Shown piece by piece: positions 1 through 11,500 of a stretch of DNA of 57,285 nucleotides (the first letter of the stretch is position 1; the number at the start of each line of letters is the position of its first letter). A program made the position numbers and the translations under genes. Source of the stretch: Planctomycetota bacterium (GTDB taxonomy: Bacteria > Planctomycetota > SZUA-567 > H5-PLA8); NCBI GenBank assembly GCA_038227875.1, contig JBBRPR010000055.1, positions 1 through 57,285 on the forward strand, in the 5' to 3' direction. The notes under the pieces are model-generated. The model saw nothing but the letters and a program-made list of their open reading frames with translations. It did no database searches and was not told where the DNA came from.

Positions 1-788
<788 letters not shown>

Positions 789-1191
789 GCTTTCTTCCCA
801 CCTCCCGTATTTCGGAATTACGACCTCCGAACTGCGCGGTGCGGACAAGCGGCCAGAGAACGCATCAATAACTACCAAAGACGTAAATTCAGAGAAATGG
901 TAATGTGCTTAAACCGCAGACAACTGCTTTTAATGCACACGCGGCTCCTAACTGTTTTGCTTCTGACATCCAATCTTCATCTTATTTTCTGCTCTTGCTC
1001 CGCAAGCGTTGGATTGATCGGTCGTTCGATCTGCGCCGGCGAAGCGAAGAGTGCTCCAGTTTCAGGGAACCGATGCCGGTCTCGTACGCGATTCCAATCA
1101 AGCGTATCGTGAGGCAGTTGCGATACTCGCACCGCATTCCCTCTTGAAACAAGAGTCTCCCGTGTTAAGTAGCACGTGAGACTCGCCAGAT

Positions 1192-1302
1192 TCCGGTGAC
1201 CATGGCGGAGGGGCCACACCCGTTCCCATTCCGAACACGGCCGTTAAGCCCTCCTGCGCCGATGATACTGCATACTAGCGGGAAAGTAGGTTGTCGCCGG
1301 GT
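1192..1302 (+). rRNA. rrf: 5S rRNA (~111 nt, short type)
   Basis: CCGGTGAC...GTCGCCGG terminal helix, CACACCCGTTCCCATTCCGAACACGG, GTTAAGCC, GCCGATGATACT, GGGAAAGTAGG. Confidence 0.97.
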
Positions 1303-1309
1303 TATACTT

Positions 1310-1344
1310 AAAGCCGCGCCGAGTAACATCGGCGCGGCTTTTTT
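1310..1344 (+). terminator. Rho-independent terminator of rRNA operon
   Basis: 12-bp stem AAGCCGCGCCGA/TCGGCGCGGCTT, 6-nt loop, followed by a T tract. Confidence 0.9.
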
Positions 1345-1472
1345 GTTTTCAAATTTGTTCCATCGCCAGCATATGGACTGTAGTCCATAATTAAAAAGTA
1401 CCACATAGCACTGCAGCAATGGATGCACGGAGGCCTACCTTCAGGCTAGCTGGCCTGAGGGGAATAGTCCGG

Positions 1473-2176
1473 CTATTTGATCCCGCCAAACGCCGCAAAA
1501 CACCCGTTCTTGTGCAACACCTCCACCTGAGCGAAGCCAACTCTGCGCAGCAGGTCGAGCTGGTACATCAGGGGGCGCGGTGTGTCCTCTTGCGCGACGT
1601 ACGCGTAAACGTGATCGCGGTACTCCGGGCCTTTCAGCGCAGTGAGGTACTCGCCGTAGCGGCGCCACATCACGTCCTGAATCACCGGCACCGTCGATTC
1701 GATCAGATCGGAAATCCAGATCGCGCCGCCTGGCCGCAGGCAGCGATAAAATTTCGCGAAAACAGTTTCCCATTCGGAATCGGTACGCAGGTGATGCAAC
1801 ACCGCCGCCGCGAGAATCAAATCGAAGCGGTCTTCGCCCAGGTCCAGCTCGCGTACGTCAGCTTGAATCGTCTCGACTTTTCCCGTCGTCGCCGCTGAAA
1901 CCCGCTGCCGGGCGCGCTCGAGCATGGGGAGACTCAAGTCGATCAGCGTGCAATCGAGATTCGGGAGCTTCTGCAGCGTCATCAGCGTGTAATTGCCGGC
2001 GCCGCAGCCTACATCGAGGACGTGCCGCGCCTGCGGCGTCACGCGGAAGCCACTTCCGTAATCAGCTTGAGCACCAGAGGCGCATCGACGGTCGCCGACT
2101 GCCCCGTCTCCAAATTCGAAAACCGCTCGACATCTTTATCAAACCGCTCTCTGATCTGCTCGACCGATGATTTCAC
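1473..2176 (-). pseudogene. Class I SAM-dependent methyltransferase with a 1-nt frameshift near 2043 (pseudogene or sequencing error)
   Basis: GTG at 2176 with AGGAG RBS gives VKSSVEQIRERFDKDVERFSNLETGQSATVDAPL..., which hits TGA at ~2041; the VLDVGCGAG SAM motif continues in another frame (ORF 1473..2042); total length 704 nt is not a multiple of 3. Confidence 0.8.
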
Positions 2177-2227
2177 GAATCCAATCTCCTAAAAATGCAG
2201 TTTCTTTGCGTCTTTGCGTGAGATGAG

Positions 2228-2836
2228 TCAACCCCGCCCACGCCGAGGAGCATGGATGCACCGCCGGCTCGCGAAGTGACTTCCTTTTATATAAAAGCGC
2301 AGCGGCATGTCGACAGCCACGTTGATTCCGATGCGCGGCGTCACGATAATCTCCTCGGGGGCGGGCTTGTTCGGAAGATCCGCGATCGTTAGTGCGCCCT
2401 TTTTGTAGAGCGGAAGCCCATTGAATTTCGGCGTGATGTCCAGCGCATCACAGAGCTTTCCCGGACCGCTGCAGAGCTTGTGAATACCATCCGTGCCGCG
2501 GTTGCGCTCCATGGACTTGATGCCTTCGAGCGGCTCGAGCGCGCGGATCAGCACCGCCTCGCCCACGCCTTTTGCGGCAGTCACCACGTTGAAGCAATAA
2601 TATGTGCCGTAGATCAGATAGACATACGCCGTCCCTGGCGGTCCGAACATAGCCGCGTTGCGCGGCGTTTCTCCGCGCGACGCGTGACAGGCCGGATCAT
2701 CGAAGAGATACGCCTCCGTTTCGACGATCCGTCCGGCGATGCGGCCGCCGCGCGTCGCATGAATCAGGCAGGTCCCGAGGAGCTTCCGGGCCATCGTGAC
2801 GGTGTCGGCGTTGTAGAAATCCGCAGGCAGAATCAT
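2228..2836 (-). CDS. mpg: DNA-3-methyladenine glycosylase (AAG/MPG family)
   Basis: Motifs GRIVETEAY, YVYLIYG..YCFNVV, AVLIRALEP, GPGKLC, RIGI. Confidence 0.93.
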   Translation of the reverse strand: MILPADFYNADTVTMARKLLGTCLIHATRGGRIAGRIVETEAYLFDDPACHASRGETPRNAAMFGPPGTAYVYLIYGTYYCFNVVTAAKGVGEAVLIRALEPLEGIKSMERNRGTDGIHKLCSGPGKLCDALDITPKFNGLPLYKKGALTIADLPNKPAPEEIIVTPRIGINVAVDMPLRFYIKGSHFASRRCIHAPRRGRG

Positions 2837-2950
2837 GCGTTTGAGTCTGCCATGGCGCTGTGAATTCGCGATTGCGGATTGAACTTCATTGGCGTTCGAT
2901 GATCATTTTTACGGAGCCGTTCAGCGCCCAAAATTGGAGGTCCTGTACCC

Positions 2951-3598
2951 ATGGCCGAACCTGTGTTTAATAAAAATCTTCCGCCGTACCTCGATGGACT
3001 GGTCCCGCCCCGCGACGCCGTGATGCAGGAGATGGAAGCCTACGCCAAGACTGTGAAGTTCCCGATCATCGGGCCGGCCGGCGGCTACTTTAATTACCAG
3101 ATCGCGCGCATGACCGGCGCGAAGCGCATTTTCGAGCTCGGCTCCGGTTACGGATATTCCACGTCCTGGTTCGCCAGGGCGGTGAAGGAGAACGGCGGCG
3201 GCGTCGTCCATCATGTGGTGTGGGACGACAAGCTCTCGCAGATGGCCCGCGATTACCACAAGCGCCAGGGCTACGATTCCATCGTGAAGTACCACGTCGG
3301 CGAAGCCGTGGCGGCGCTGGACAAGCTCGACGCTTCGGAACCATTCGACCTGATGTTCAACGACATCGACAAGCACGGGTACCCTGCGTCGATTGCGGTG
3401 ATCAAGAAAAAGCTGCGGAAAGGCGGCACGCTGATCATCGACAACATGCTCTGGCACGGCGCGATTTTCGACGCGAACGACAAGGACAAGGACACGGAAG
3501 GCATTCGGGAAGTCACGCGGATGCTTACGACGGATCCCGAATTCATCACCACATTGGTCCCGATCCGGGACGGCATGATCGTCGCGCACCGGGTGTAG
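2951..3598 (+). CDS. O-methyltransferase (caffeoyl-CoA OMT-like, class I SAM)
   Basis: FELGSGYGYS, FDLMFNDIDKHGYP, IIDNMLWHG, IRDG; GGAGG RBS. Confidence 0.9.
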   Translation: MAEPVFNKNLPPYLDGLVPPRDAVMQEMEAYAKTVKFPIIGPAGGYFNYQIARMTGAKRIFELGSGYGYSTSWFARAVKENGGGVVHHVVWDDKLSQMARDYHKRQGYDSIVKYHVGEAVAALDKLDASEPFDLMFNDIDKHGYPASIAVIKKKLRKGGTLIIDNMLWHGAIFDANDKDKDTEGIREVTRMLTTDPEFITTLVPIRDGMIVAHRV

Positions 3599-3601
3599 GT
3601 T

Positions 3602-3681
3602 TTGCAGGCGGGACGCCTGCACCACCAATTGCATGATAGACATGCGTCTGCGTAATTGTGGTGCGGGCGTCCCGCTTGCAA
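3602..3681. repeat. REP doublet (REPIN-like), GTGG-type palindromic units
   Basis: TTGCAGGCGGGACGCCTGCACCAC ... GTGGTGCGGGCGTCCCGCTTGCAA in inverted orientation; related copy at 6028-6128. Confidence 0.8.
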
Positions 3682-3843
3682 CAATTTCATTGGCCAAGCG
3701 TGTGCTTCAGAGTCCGTCAGGGGACTCGGCTCAACTCTGGACAAGCAACTATTGCCGAAAACAGTGCTCAACTCGCCCGGGCACCAATTGGTGCCCAGCC
3801 GAGACAAAGGGGTCGACAGTGCTGGATCACGGAGACACCCGCC

Positions 3844-6054
3844 ATGTTTAGCGGGAGATTTGGAGCCCAACCGGCCCGACCCCGCTCAGCGCTGATGCGC
3901 TGGCTCTCGCCGCCTGTTTTTCCTGGCGATGAAATCAAGACGCGCAACGCCGCTATTCTCAACGCATTGCTGATCACCACGCTCCTGACCCAACTTCTCA
4001 TGCCGCTGTATTATTGCGCCGGCAATCGCAACTTGATCAGTCCGTGTTTGTGGATCAGCGAAGTCATCGTTGCGCTGATCGTACTTCGCCGCGGGTACGT
4101 CCAAGCCGCCTCGATACTCACGCTTGCCGCGTCGTGGGTGATTCTCAATTACACCGTCGCCACCCTGGGCGGCGTGCGTTCTCCCGCGTTCAGCGGGCAT
4201 CTGATCATTGCCGGTTGCGCTGGAATTCTGCTGGGCTGGCGCTCCCTGCTTGCCATGGTCGCGGCCAGCATCGTCGCGGGATTGGGCCTGATGGTGTTGG
4301 AGTACCAACATCTTCTGCCCGATTGTGAACCGCGTTCCCCGCTGGTGGAATGGCTCACGTACGCGGTGATTTTCGTCGTGGGCGCGGTGCAGTTGGGCAT
4401 TGCCATGCATATCCTCGGTCGCGCCGTCGAACGCGAACGCGCCGAGCACGCGGAACGTGACCGCGCCGAGCAGGCCTTGCGTGAAAGCGAGGCACGGTAC
4501 CGCACGCTGGTCGAAAACGCGCCCGAAGCCATCAGCGTGATTGACGTGCAGGCCAATCGTTTCGTCTCCGCCAATGCCAACGCGCTTAAACTGTTTGGCC
4601 TGTCCCTCGACGCCCTTCTGCGCACAAATCCCATTGAACTCAGTCCGGCCAAACAACCCGACGGACGCTCCTCAGAGGAAGCCGCGAAGGTTTACATCCA
4701 GATGGCGTTGGACGGCAAGACGCCGTGGTTTGAATGGGCCCACCGCGATTCCCGCGGCCGGGAGATTCCCTGCGAAATCCAGCTGGCACTCATGCCTTCC
4801 ACGGGAGGTCCGCCGCTGGTGCAGGGCTGCTCCGTCGACGTCTCCGAGCGCAAACGGCTGGAAGCGCATCTCTTGCAGGCTCAGAAAATGGAGAGCGTCG
4901 GCCACCTCGCCGGCGGACTGGCCCACGACTTCAACAATCTGCTCGCCGTGATTTTAAGTTCCGCCGATCTAGTCGAAATGAAAATCGGCGCGCATCCGGC
5001 GGCGGCCCATATCACCGATCTCCGCCGTGCGTCGCTCCGCGCGTCGCAGCTGACGCGGCAACTGCTCGCCTTCAGCCGCAAGCAGGTGCTCCAGCCGACG
5101 GTGCTCAACCTGAACGCCGTGATCAGCGAAACCGAACGGATGCTGCGCCGCCTGATCGGCGAACACATCGAAATGCGCCTCGATCTGCAACACGACACCG
5201 CCAACGTGAAAGTCGACCGCACCCAGGTTGAGCAGGTCATTGTCAATCTCGCCGTGAACGCTCGCGACGCGATGGCCAAGGGCGGCGTGCTGACCATCCG
5301 CACGCGCAATCTCGTGGTCACCGCGGATGCCCCTGAATCGGCCTTGCCTGCGGGTGCCTCGCTGCCCCCGGGCAATTACGTCATGCTGGAAGTCTCCGAC
5401 ACCGGCAGTGGCATCGACCCGGCTGCGAAAGCTCATCTCTTCGAACCGTTCTTTACCACCAAGGAAGTGGGGCAGGGGACCGGCCTGGGCCTTTCGACGG
5501 TCCACGGCATTGTGAAGCAAAGCGGCGGGCAGATCGTTGTGGTCAGCGAACCTGGCGACGGCGCGTCGTTTCAGATTTATCTGCCCGCAGCCTCCGCGGC
5601 GCTGACGCCGCATCCCACGCCGCCGAGCCAGACGAGCACCGGCAAGGGCGACGAGACCGTGCTGATCGCCGAAGACAACCCGATGACACTGAATGTCGCC
5701 GTCTCGTCGCTCCAGGCCTTCGGCTACAAGGTATTGCGCGCTGAAAATCCATTGATGGCGCTGCAATTGGCGAAAAGCTATGCCGGCAAGATCCATATTC
5801 TGCTCACTGACGTGATCATGCCGAAGATGAATGGGCGCCAATTGGCGCAGGAAGTTCGTGACCTGCGCCCGGAGATCAAAGTGCTCTATACATCCGGCTA
5901 CCCGCGCGACGTGATCGTCAATCAGGGCGTGCTGGAAGAGGGCATTGAGCTGATCGAAAAGCCGTTCACCCCCGACACGCTGGCCCGCCGCATCCGCGGG
6001 GTGCTGGACGCGCCGGTGGAAAAGGCCGCAGGCGGGACGCCAGCTCCACAATAA
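3844..6054 (+). CDS. Membrane-bound hybrid sensor histidine kinase (TM-PAS-HisKA-HATPase-REC, CckA-like)
   Basis: Several TM helices, PAS (YRTLVENAPEAI), H-box AHDFNNLL, N-box NLAVNARDAM, FEPFFTTK/GTGLGL, receiver LLTDVIMP; start placed at ATG 3844 by GGAG RBS. Confidence 0.92.
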   Translation: MFSGRFGAQPARPRSALMRWLSPPVFPGDEIKTRNAAILNALLITTLLTQLLMPLYYCAGNRNLISPCLWISEVIVALIVLRRGYVQAASILTLAASWVILNYTVATLGGVRSPAFSGHLIIAGCAGILLGWRSLLAMVAASIVAGLGLMVLEYQHLLPDCEPRSPLVEWLTYAVIFVVGAVQLGIAMHILGRAVERERAEHAERDRAEQALRESEARYRTLVENAPEAISVIDVQANRFVSANANALKLFGLSLDALLRTNPIELSPAKQPDGRSSEEAAKVYIQMALDGKTPWFEWAHRDSRGREIPCEIQLALMPSTGGPPLVQGCSVDVSERKRLEAHLLQAQKMESVGHLAGGLAHDFNNLLAVILSSADLVEMKIGAHPAAAHITDLRRASLRASQLTRQLLAFSRKQVLQPTVLNLNAVISETERMLRRLIGEHIEMRLDLQHDTANVKVDRTQVEQVIVNLAVNARDAMAKGGVLTIRTRNLVVTADAPESALPAGASLPPGNYVMLEVSDTGSGIDPAAKAHLFEPFFTTKEVGQGTGLGLSTVHGIVKQSGGQIVVVSEPGDGASFQIYLPAASAALTPHPTPPSQTSTGKGDETVLIAEDNPMTLNVAVSSLQAFGYKVLRAENPLMALQLAKSYAGKIHILLTDVIMPKMNGRQLAQEVRDLRPEIKVLYTSGYPRDVIVNQGVLEEGIELIEKPFTPDTLARRIRGVLDAPVEKAAGGTPAPQ

Positions 6055-6128
6055 CGGCCCGCGCGCAGTTGTTTTCCAAAATGAAGAACGCGCACAGCGC
6101 GAAATTGTGGTGCAGGCGTCCCGCCTGC
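6028..6128. repeat. REP doublet; left unit encodes the kinase C-terminus (AGGTPAPQ)
   Basis: GCAGGCGGGACGCCAGCTCCACAAT ... ATTGTGGTGCAGGCGTCCCGCCTGC. Confidence 0.8.
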
Positions 6129-6183
6129 AAGCCCCGCGTTTAGCGCTCGACAATCGCGCGCTGGCATCGAAACTTGGCTCCGC

Positions 6184-8583
6184 ATGAACCAGTTTTCATT
6201 CCTCTTCGGAACGCCCTGGCCGTGGTGGCCGATTCTGCTCTCCGGGGCCGGCGCGGGATGGCTGACCTGGCGCGGCTACCGGCGGCGCGCCGCGGAACTC
6301 GCGCCCACTCGCCTGCGCCTGCTCACCGCGCTCCGATTCGTCTGCTGGACGCTGTTGTTTCTCTGCCTGCTCCAACCAATGGCCCGTGAATACATGAAGG
6401 AAGAGAAGGCCAGCCGCCTCACCGTCCTCATCGACGACAGCGAAAGCATGTCCTTCATCGACCGCCGCGACGGCGCCCCGCGCATGGAACGCGTCAAACT
6501 CGCGCTCGGCGGTGAAAGCGCGCTGAAGCCAGTGGCAGACGCGAAAGACCCGAAAGATGCGCAAGGATTGGATCCGGCTTCGCTGCTCGGCGGACTTTCG
6601 CGCAGCTTCAAGCTCCAACTCGAAGGCTTCAGTAGCGGTGCGCATCCGATTCCGGCTCTCCAGGAATTGAAAGCCAACGGTGAAACCACCGATCTGGCCA
6701 AGTCTCTGACTGACGCCTACGCGCGCCTGAAAGGCCCCGACGCCGGCGGACTGGTGCTGGTCTCCGACGGCGCCGACACCGCGCGCGGCGACATTGAACG
6801 CATCGCCAGCAACTTCAAACGCTCGGGTACGCCCATCTACGTGATCGGCGTCGGCGAGACGAACATGGAAGATCTCGCCATTCAGCAGGTCCGCTGCCGC
6901 CGCACGGTCAGCAAGGACACGCTGGTGCGTGTTGAAGTCGACGTCCGCAAGCAGGGCCGGCCGGATGGCCCGCAGACGGTCTACATCACGCGCAAAGGCA
7001 AACGCGTCGGTGAGAAAGTCATCGTCGACATGAAAGGCGAAACCGCGACGGCCACGTTCGAATTTCTCCCCGACGACCAGGGCTTCCTCGAATACACGGC
7101 GACCGTTGAACCGTTCCCCGGCGAACTGGTGACAGCCAATAACTCGATGGCCTTTGGCCTCGTCGCCCATTCGCGCAAACTGAAAGTGCTCTACGCGGAA
7201 GGTTCGATGTACGTTCACCGCACCTACAACAGCCAATCGCGCGGCATGTACTACGATCACCCGATGCAGTACTGGTGGGAGACGGAATTTCTGCAGCGCG
7301 CGCTCCAGGAGGACGTGGACGTCGAAGTCGACATTCTCGCCAAAAACGAATTCGCCACGCCGCGCGGCGCGTCGCCGCTGGACGTCAAGACGGTCAAGGA
7401 AGGCTGGCCGAAAACCAAAAAAGACCTCTACCAGTACGACGTGATCATCAGCTCCGACATTCCCTATTCCTATTTCACGCCTGAACAGGTCCAGGCGCAG
7501 GTGGATTTCGTCGGCAAGCACGGCGGCGGGTTCTGTATGATCGGCGGGTACGATGCCTTCGCCGAAGGCAAGTACGCCAAGACGCCCATCGACCGCATGC
7601 TTCCCGTCGAAATGATGAATGAAAACCATATCGACGGCGTCGACTTCTCGTGGCAGGTCACCGAGAAGGGCTTCGAACACGAAATCATGAAGATCGAGAA
7701 GGATCCGGAGAAGAATCGCGAAGCCTGGGCCAAGCTCCCGCAGTTTCACGGCTTCTCGCGAACGACGCGCGCCAAACCGGCGGCCGATATTCTCGCCGAA
7801 GTCGCCGAAGAGGATTTCAACACCGCGTACGGACAGGCCGTGGTCATTGCCGTCCAGCCGTTCGGCAATGGGCGCTCGATGGCCTTCACCACCGACACCA
7901 CGGGCGGGTGGGGAACCGAATGGGAGGACACGTGGGGTCCGGAGAACGAGACCGATCTCGAGAATCGCAACAAGTACTTCAAGACCTTCTGGAAAAACTC
8001 CATCCGCTGGCTGGCTCACTACCGCATGCAGGCGCCCAATCAGCTCGTCCAGATTGAAAGCGACCGCCTGGTCTACGGACGTGGCGAACAGCCGGACATC
8101 CGCGTGAAAGTGATGAACGAAGATTACGAACTGACCCACGATGCCAAAGTGCAGCTCACCGTCAACGGACCCGACGGCCGCACGCAGCAGGTCACCGTCT
8201 TCCCGCATTATGAAGAGCCGGGCATCTACGAACGCAAGCTGGAACTGACGTCCACCGGCCGCTACGAAATCGAAGCGATCGCGACGCTGGGCAAGGAAGA
8301 AATCGGCCGCGACAAAACGATCCTGCAGGTCCGCCCGGCCACCGCGGAAATGAAGGAGCTCAGCCAGAACGTCGCGCTGTTGAAAAAACTCGCCGACGAA
8401 ACTGGCGGCGTCTATCTGCCGCTGGAAAGCGCGCGCGAACTGCCGCGCCACCTGCGCGAAGCGACGCACGTCATCGAACGGCACCGCGACAACGATTTAT
8501 GGGACAGCCCATGGCTTTTCGCGGCAATTATCGGATTATTGTGTGGCGAGTGGTTCCTGCGCAAACGGAGCGGACTGCCATGA
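6184..8583 (+). CDS. Membrane-anchored vWA + Ig-like + class I glutamine-amidotransferase-like domain protein (MoxR-associated type)
   Basis: N-terminal TM pair, MIDAS DDSESM...TDL...SDG, YDVII/GGGFCMIGG GATase-like segment, C-terminal LWDSPW...EWFLRKR anchor. Confidence 0.82.
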   Translation: MNQFSFLFGTPWPWWPILLSGAGAGWLTWRGYRRRAAELAPTRLRLLTALRFVCWTLLFLCLLQPMAREYMKEEKASRLTVLIDDSESMSFIDRRDGAPRMERVKLALGGESALKPVADAKDPKDAQGLDPASLLGGLSRSFKLQLEGFSSGAHPIPALQELKANGETTDLAKSLTDAYARLKGPDAGGLVLVSDGADTARGDIERIASNFKRSGTPIYVIGVGETNMEDLAIQQVRCRRTVSKDTLVRVEVDVRKQGRPDGPQTVYITRKGKRVGEKVIVDMKGETATATFEFLPDDQGFLEYTATVEPFPGELVTANNSMAFGLVAHSRKLKVLYAEGSMYVHRTYNSQSRGMYYDHPMQYWWETEFLQRALQEDVDVEVDILAKNEFATPRGASPLDVKTVKEGWPKTKKDLYQYDVIISSDIPYSYFTPEQVQAQVDFVGKHGGGFCMIGGYDAFAEGKYAKTPIDRMLPVEMMNENHIDGVDFSWQVTEKGFEHEIMKIEKDPEKNREAWAKLPQFHGFSRTTRAKPAADILAEVAEEDFNTAYGQAVVIAVQPFGNGRSMAFTTDTTGGWGTEWEDTWGPENETDLENRNKYFKTFWKNSIRWLAHYRMQAPNQLVQIESDRLVYGRGEQPDIRVKVMNEDYELTHDAKVQLTVNGPDGRTQQVTVFPHYEEPGIYERKLELTSTGRYEIEAIATLGKEEIGRDKTILQVRPATAEMKELSQNVALLKKLADETGGVYLPLESARELPRHLREATHVIERHRDNDLWDSPWLFAAIIGLLCGEWFLRKRSGLP

Positions 8584-11500
8584 AGGCCTTTTGTAGTCCG
8601 GGCGTCCCGCCCGGTCAGCGACGGACAGTGCCACTCTTGCAAGAATCGCGTGGCCGGGCAAAGCACGTGGCAATTTTCAAGACGACCGGGCGGGACGCCC
8701 GGACTACAATCGCATGCGTCTTTGCCGCGCTTATCTGCATTGCCTCCTCCGCTCTCGCCGCCAATCCTGAACCTCCTCCCGATCCTGGTTTCGTCAATTC
8801 CGTCTACGCCTCCGATGTGATCGTCGACTGCGACATTCTCGCTGGCGGCCCGTTCCGCGCCGCCGCGCTGGTCCGCAAGGTCCTCAAGGGCGACGCGCCG
8901 AAGATCATCGAGATCGAAGGCATCAACAGCTACAACTGGGACACCGTCCACCGTGGTCTCGCCTCGGGGAGCCGGTTCATCCTTTTCCTCTCGCGCACCG
9001 ACCGCGCCGATGTCTTCGCTACGCTCACGCCCTCCGCGCCGCGCTTGAGCATCCAGGCCGACGCTGCGCTGCTGGAACTGGGCGATCCGCCGTTCCGCAT
9101 CCCGATCAAAAGTTCCACGATGCAGGACGCGATCGTGCTGATGCTCAAGCACGATCCCTCCAAGGCCGTGGCCGGCACTCCGGAAACCGACGACGTGCCG
9201 GCGTTTATTCACGCGCTGTGGGATGAGACGGAAATTGAATCGCATTACCTCGCGGTGGCTCTAATCGGCGCGCTGCGCGAAAAGCGGCTGCAGCAGATCC
9301 TCGTCGACGCCAGCAAAGACAAGCTGCTTAAGCTCCAGCTCACCGCGATCGAATCGCTCGGCGATGTCGCCTCCACGGAAGCGATCAACACGCTTAGTGT
9401 GCTGCTGAAGGACACCAAGCCGACGATCTCCCGCGAAGCGGCGCGGGTGCTCGTCTCCGTGAAGCACGCCGAAACGCTGCCCGACCTGTTGGAATGGGCG
9501 CGCCGCGCGGTTGCTCCCGCTCATGGCACGACGGCCCCGAAGCCCAACAAGGCCAGCGATGCGACCAAGCTGAAAACCGAAGCGATCGCGCACGAGATTC
9601 TGCGCTTCGCCGCCGAAACCGGACCGCTGCTGGATCCGGAAGCGATCGCGCGCCCGTTGTTCGATCTCGCCCGCTGCGGCAACGACGCGCTGGCTCGCGA
9701 AGCGCTGGCCGCCATCGTCGAGATCGCGCGCCCGGCTCAGATTGTGACGCTGCTCGAACTGGCCGAAGATCGCACGTACGATCTGCACAGCGATGCGCTG
9801 AGCGCGCTGCGCAAGCTCGCTTTGAAATCCTTCCCCGACGAGGCCGGCTACCGGCGCTGGTGGAGCGACGTGGGCGCCGGTTACAACGACGAGTTGCTGC
9901 GCGATGTCGTCGACGCGGCGGCCGCGGGTATGACGGCCGCCAAGGACAACACTGAGCCCAAGGATTCCTACGACGACCGCCGCGCACTTCGCGACGTCTT
10001 GCGCAACGCGCCGCCGGACATGGCGCTGATCGCCGCCGCGCCGCTGTGCTTCAATCCCGACACCGAGACAGAATTCGGCGCCGACGATCTGGCCGCCATT
10101 CCGTCGCCCTTGGCCGTACCTCTCTTGATCGAACGACTGGGTCGCAACAGCCTCAGCGAACGGCGCGGCGCGATCGACGGGCTGACCAAGCTCTGCTTCC
10201 GCCACCCGCGCCTGCGCGCCACGCTCTGGCCGCTGCTGCGCGCCGAACTGGCTGAAGAAGACAGCACAGCGCGCCGTGGAGCTCAGGCCGCCGTCGGCGT
10301 TCTGGCTGAAACCGATGGCATTCCCGCGCTGCTCGACTCGATCCAGATCCAATACTCTTACCCGCGTTACGAAGCCTTTGATGCGTACCATGCCATCTAC
10401 AATTGCAGCGCGCGCACGCTGGGCTTCGCCACGATCGAACCGATGCCCGATGAAATCGCCGCGCAGAAACGCTTGTGGGGCTGGTGGGAGAGCACCAAGA
10501 AACAGTTTGCAGCAGCGTCGTACAACGGCGTGAGATTGCCCGACATCGCGTGGGCCGATACCGATGCCGCGGGCCGGGAGGCGAAACTCGAAGCGATGGC
10601 GCTCGGTCCCGTGGCGCGTCCCAGTTCTGCCGCGTTCGCGATGCTCTTCGCCGAACGCACGGCCACCGATCCGCTCTGGGGACGCATACTGGCCAAGAAT
10701 TCAGCGCGCGACCGCGCGCACGGGTTGCTCGGCCTCTTCGGCGGCAACAGCGCCGCGGCGGCCGAGCTCTACCGCCGTTTCCCCGAAGGCTCTGATGCCG
10801 ACGCGGTGCTCTGCCGCGCGATCTCCATGGTTGGGCTCGCCACGCTGAAGGGTCCCGCCGGCGCCGGCTACGCGCCCGGCACGGTGAAGCTTGTCGAATG
10901 GCTCAAGGGACCCGGCGCGAAAGCCAGCATCCATTGGAAGCGCCTCGGCATTCTCTCGCTGGGATTGGCCGATGGCGATGCCGTGAGCCTTGCGTATCTG
11001 AACTCCGTGCTCGATCTCGCGCTCGCCGTCAAAGCGCCCGACAACAAAGGCCTCTTCGACGAAAAGCCCGTCGAGGAGTACCAGCTCTTGAAACCCGTAT
11101 TGATCGCGCTCGCCGCCCGCGCCGACGGCGTGGACGGTCTGATCAAGGCCCTCAACGAATCGAAAGTGATCGACGTCCGCGTCAACGCCGCGCGGGCACT
11201 GAGCCTGCGGCGCGCCACGAAGGCGATTCCCGATATTCTGAAATCAACATCCTCCGCCGACCGCGGCAACTGGACGGAATTCGCGCGCATCATCGCCCCG
11301 ATGCTCCGCCCGTCCGATGCGCCGCGCGTCTGCGATCTTCTCAGCAGTGACATCACCGGCGCGCGTTGCACTGCCGCGTTCATGCTCGCCGCACGCCCCG
11401 AAATCGGCACCGACGCGAACACGATCAAAGTGCTGCTGGAATCGCTCGCCGATCACTCGTCGGTGGTGCGTTACTACTGCGCCGAAGCGCTGGGCAAGCG

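Noticed and set aside
1372..1477. Small dyads after the rRNA terminator (TATGGACT/AGTCCATA; TCAGGC/GCCTGA)
   Set aside because: Compatible with ordinary terminator or stability hairpins for the convergent gene; no further support
3658..3843. Extended N-terminus of the kinase in the ORF track (similarly 8499, 14937, 22223, 40658, 44502, 46659)
   Set aside because: The extensions run through repeats, UTRs or neighbouring genes; downstream starts have better RBS or family-typical N-termini
6196..8484. 762-aa antisense ORF; likewise 16024-17409, 22982-24550, 25307-26674, 32425-34098, 34153-35733, 37101-38612, 46473-48161, 50212-51567
   Set aside because: Shadow ORFs opposite well-supported genes; expected from high-GC codon bias and lacking recognisable motifs
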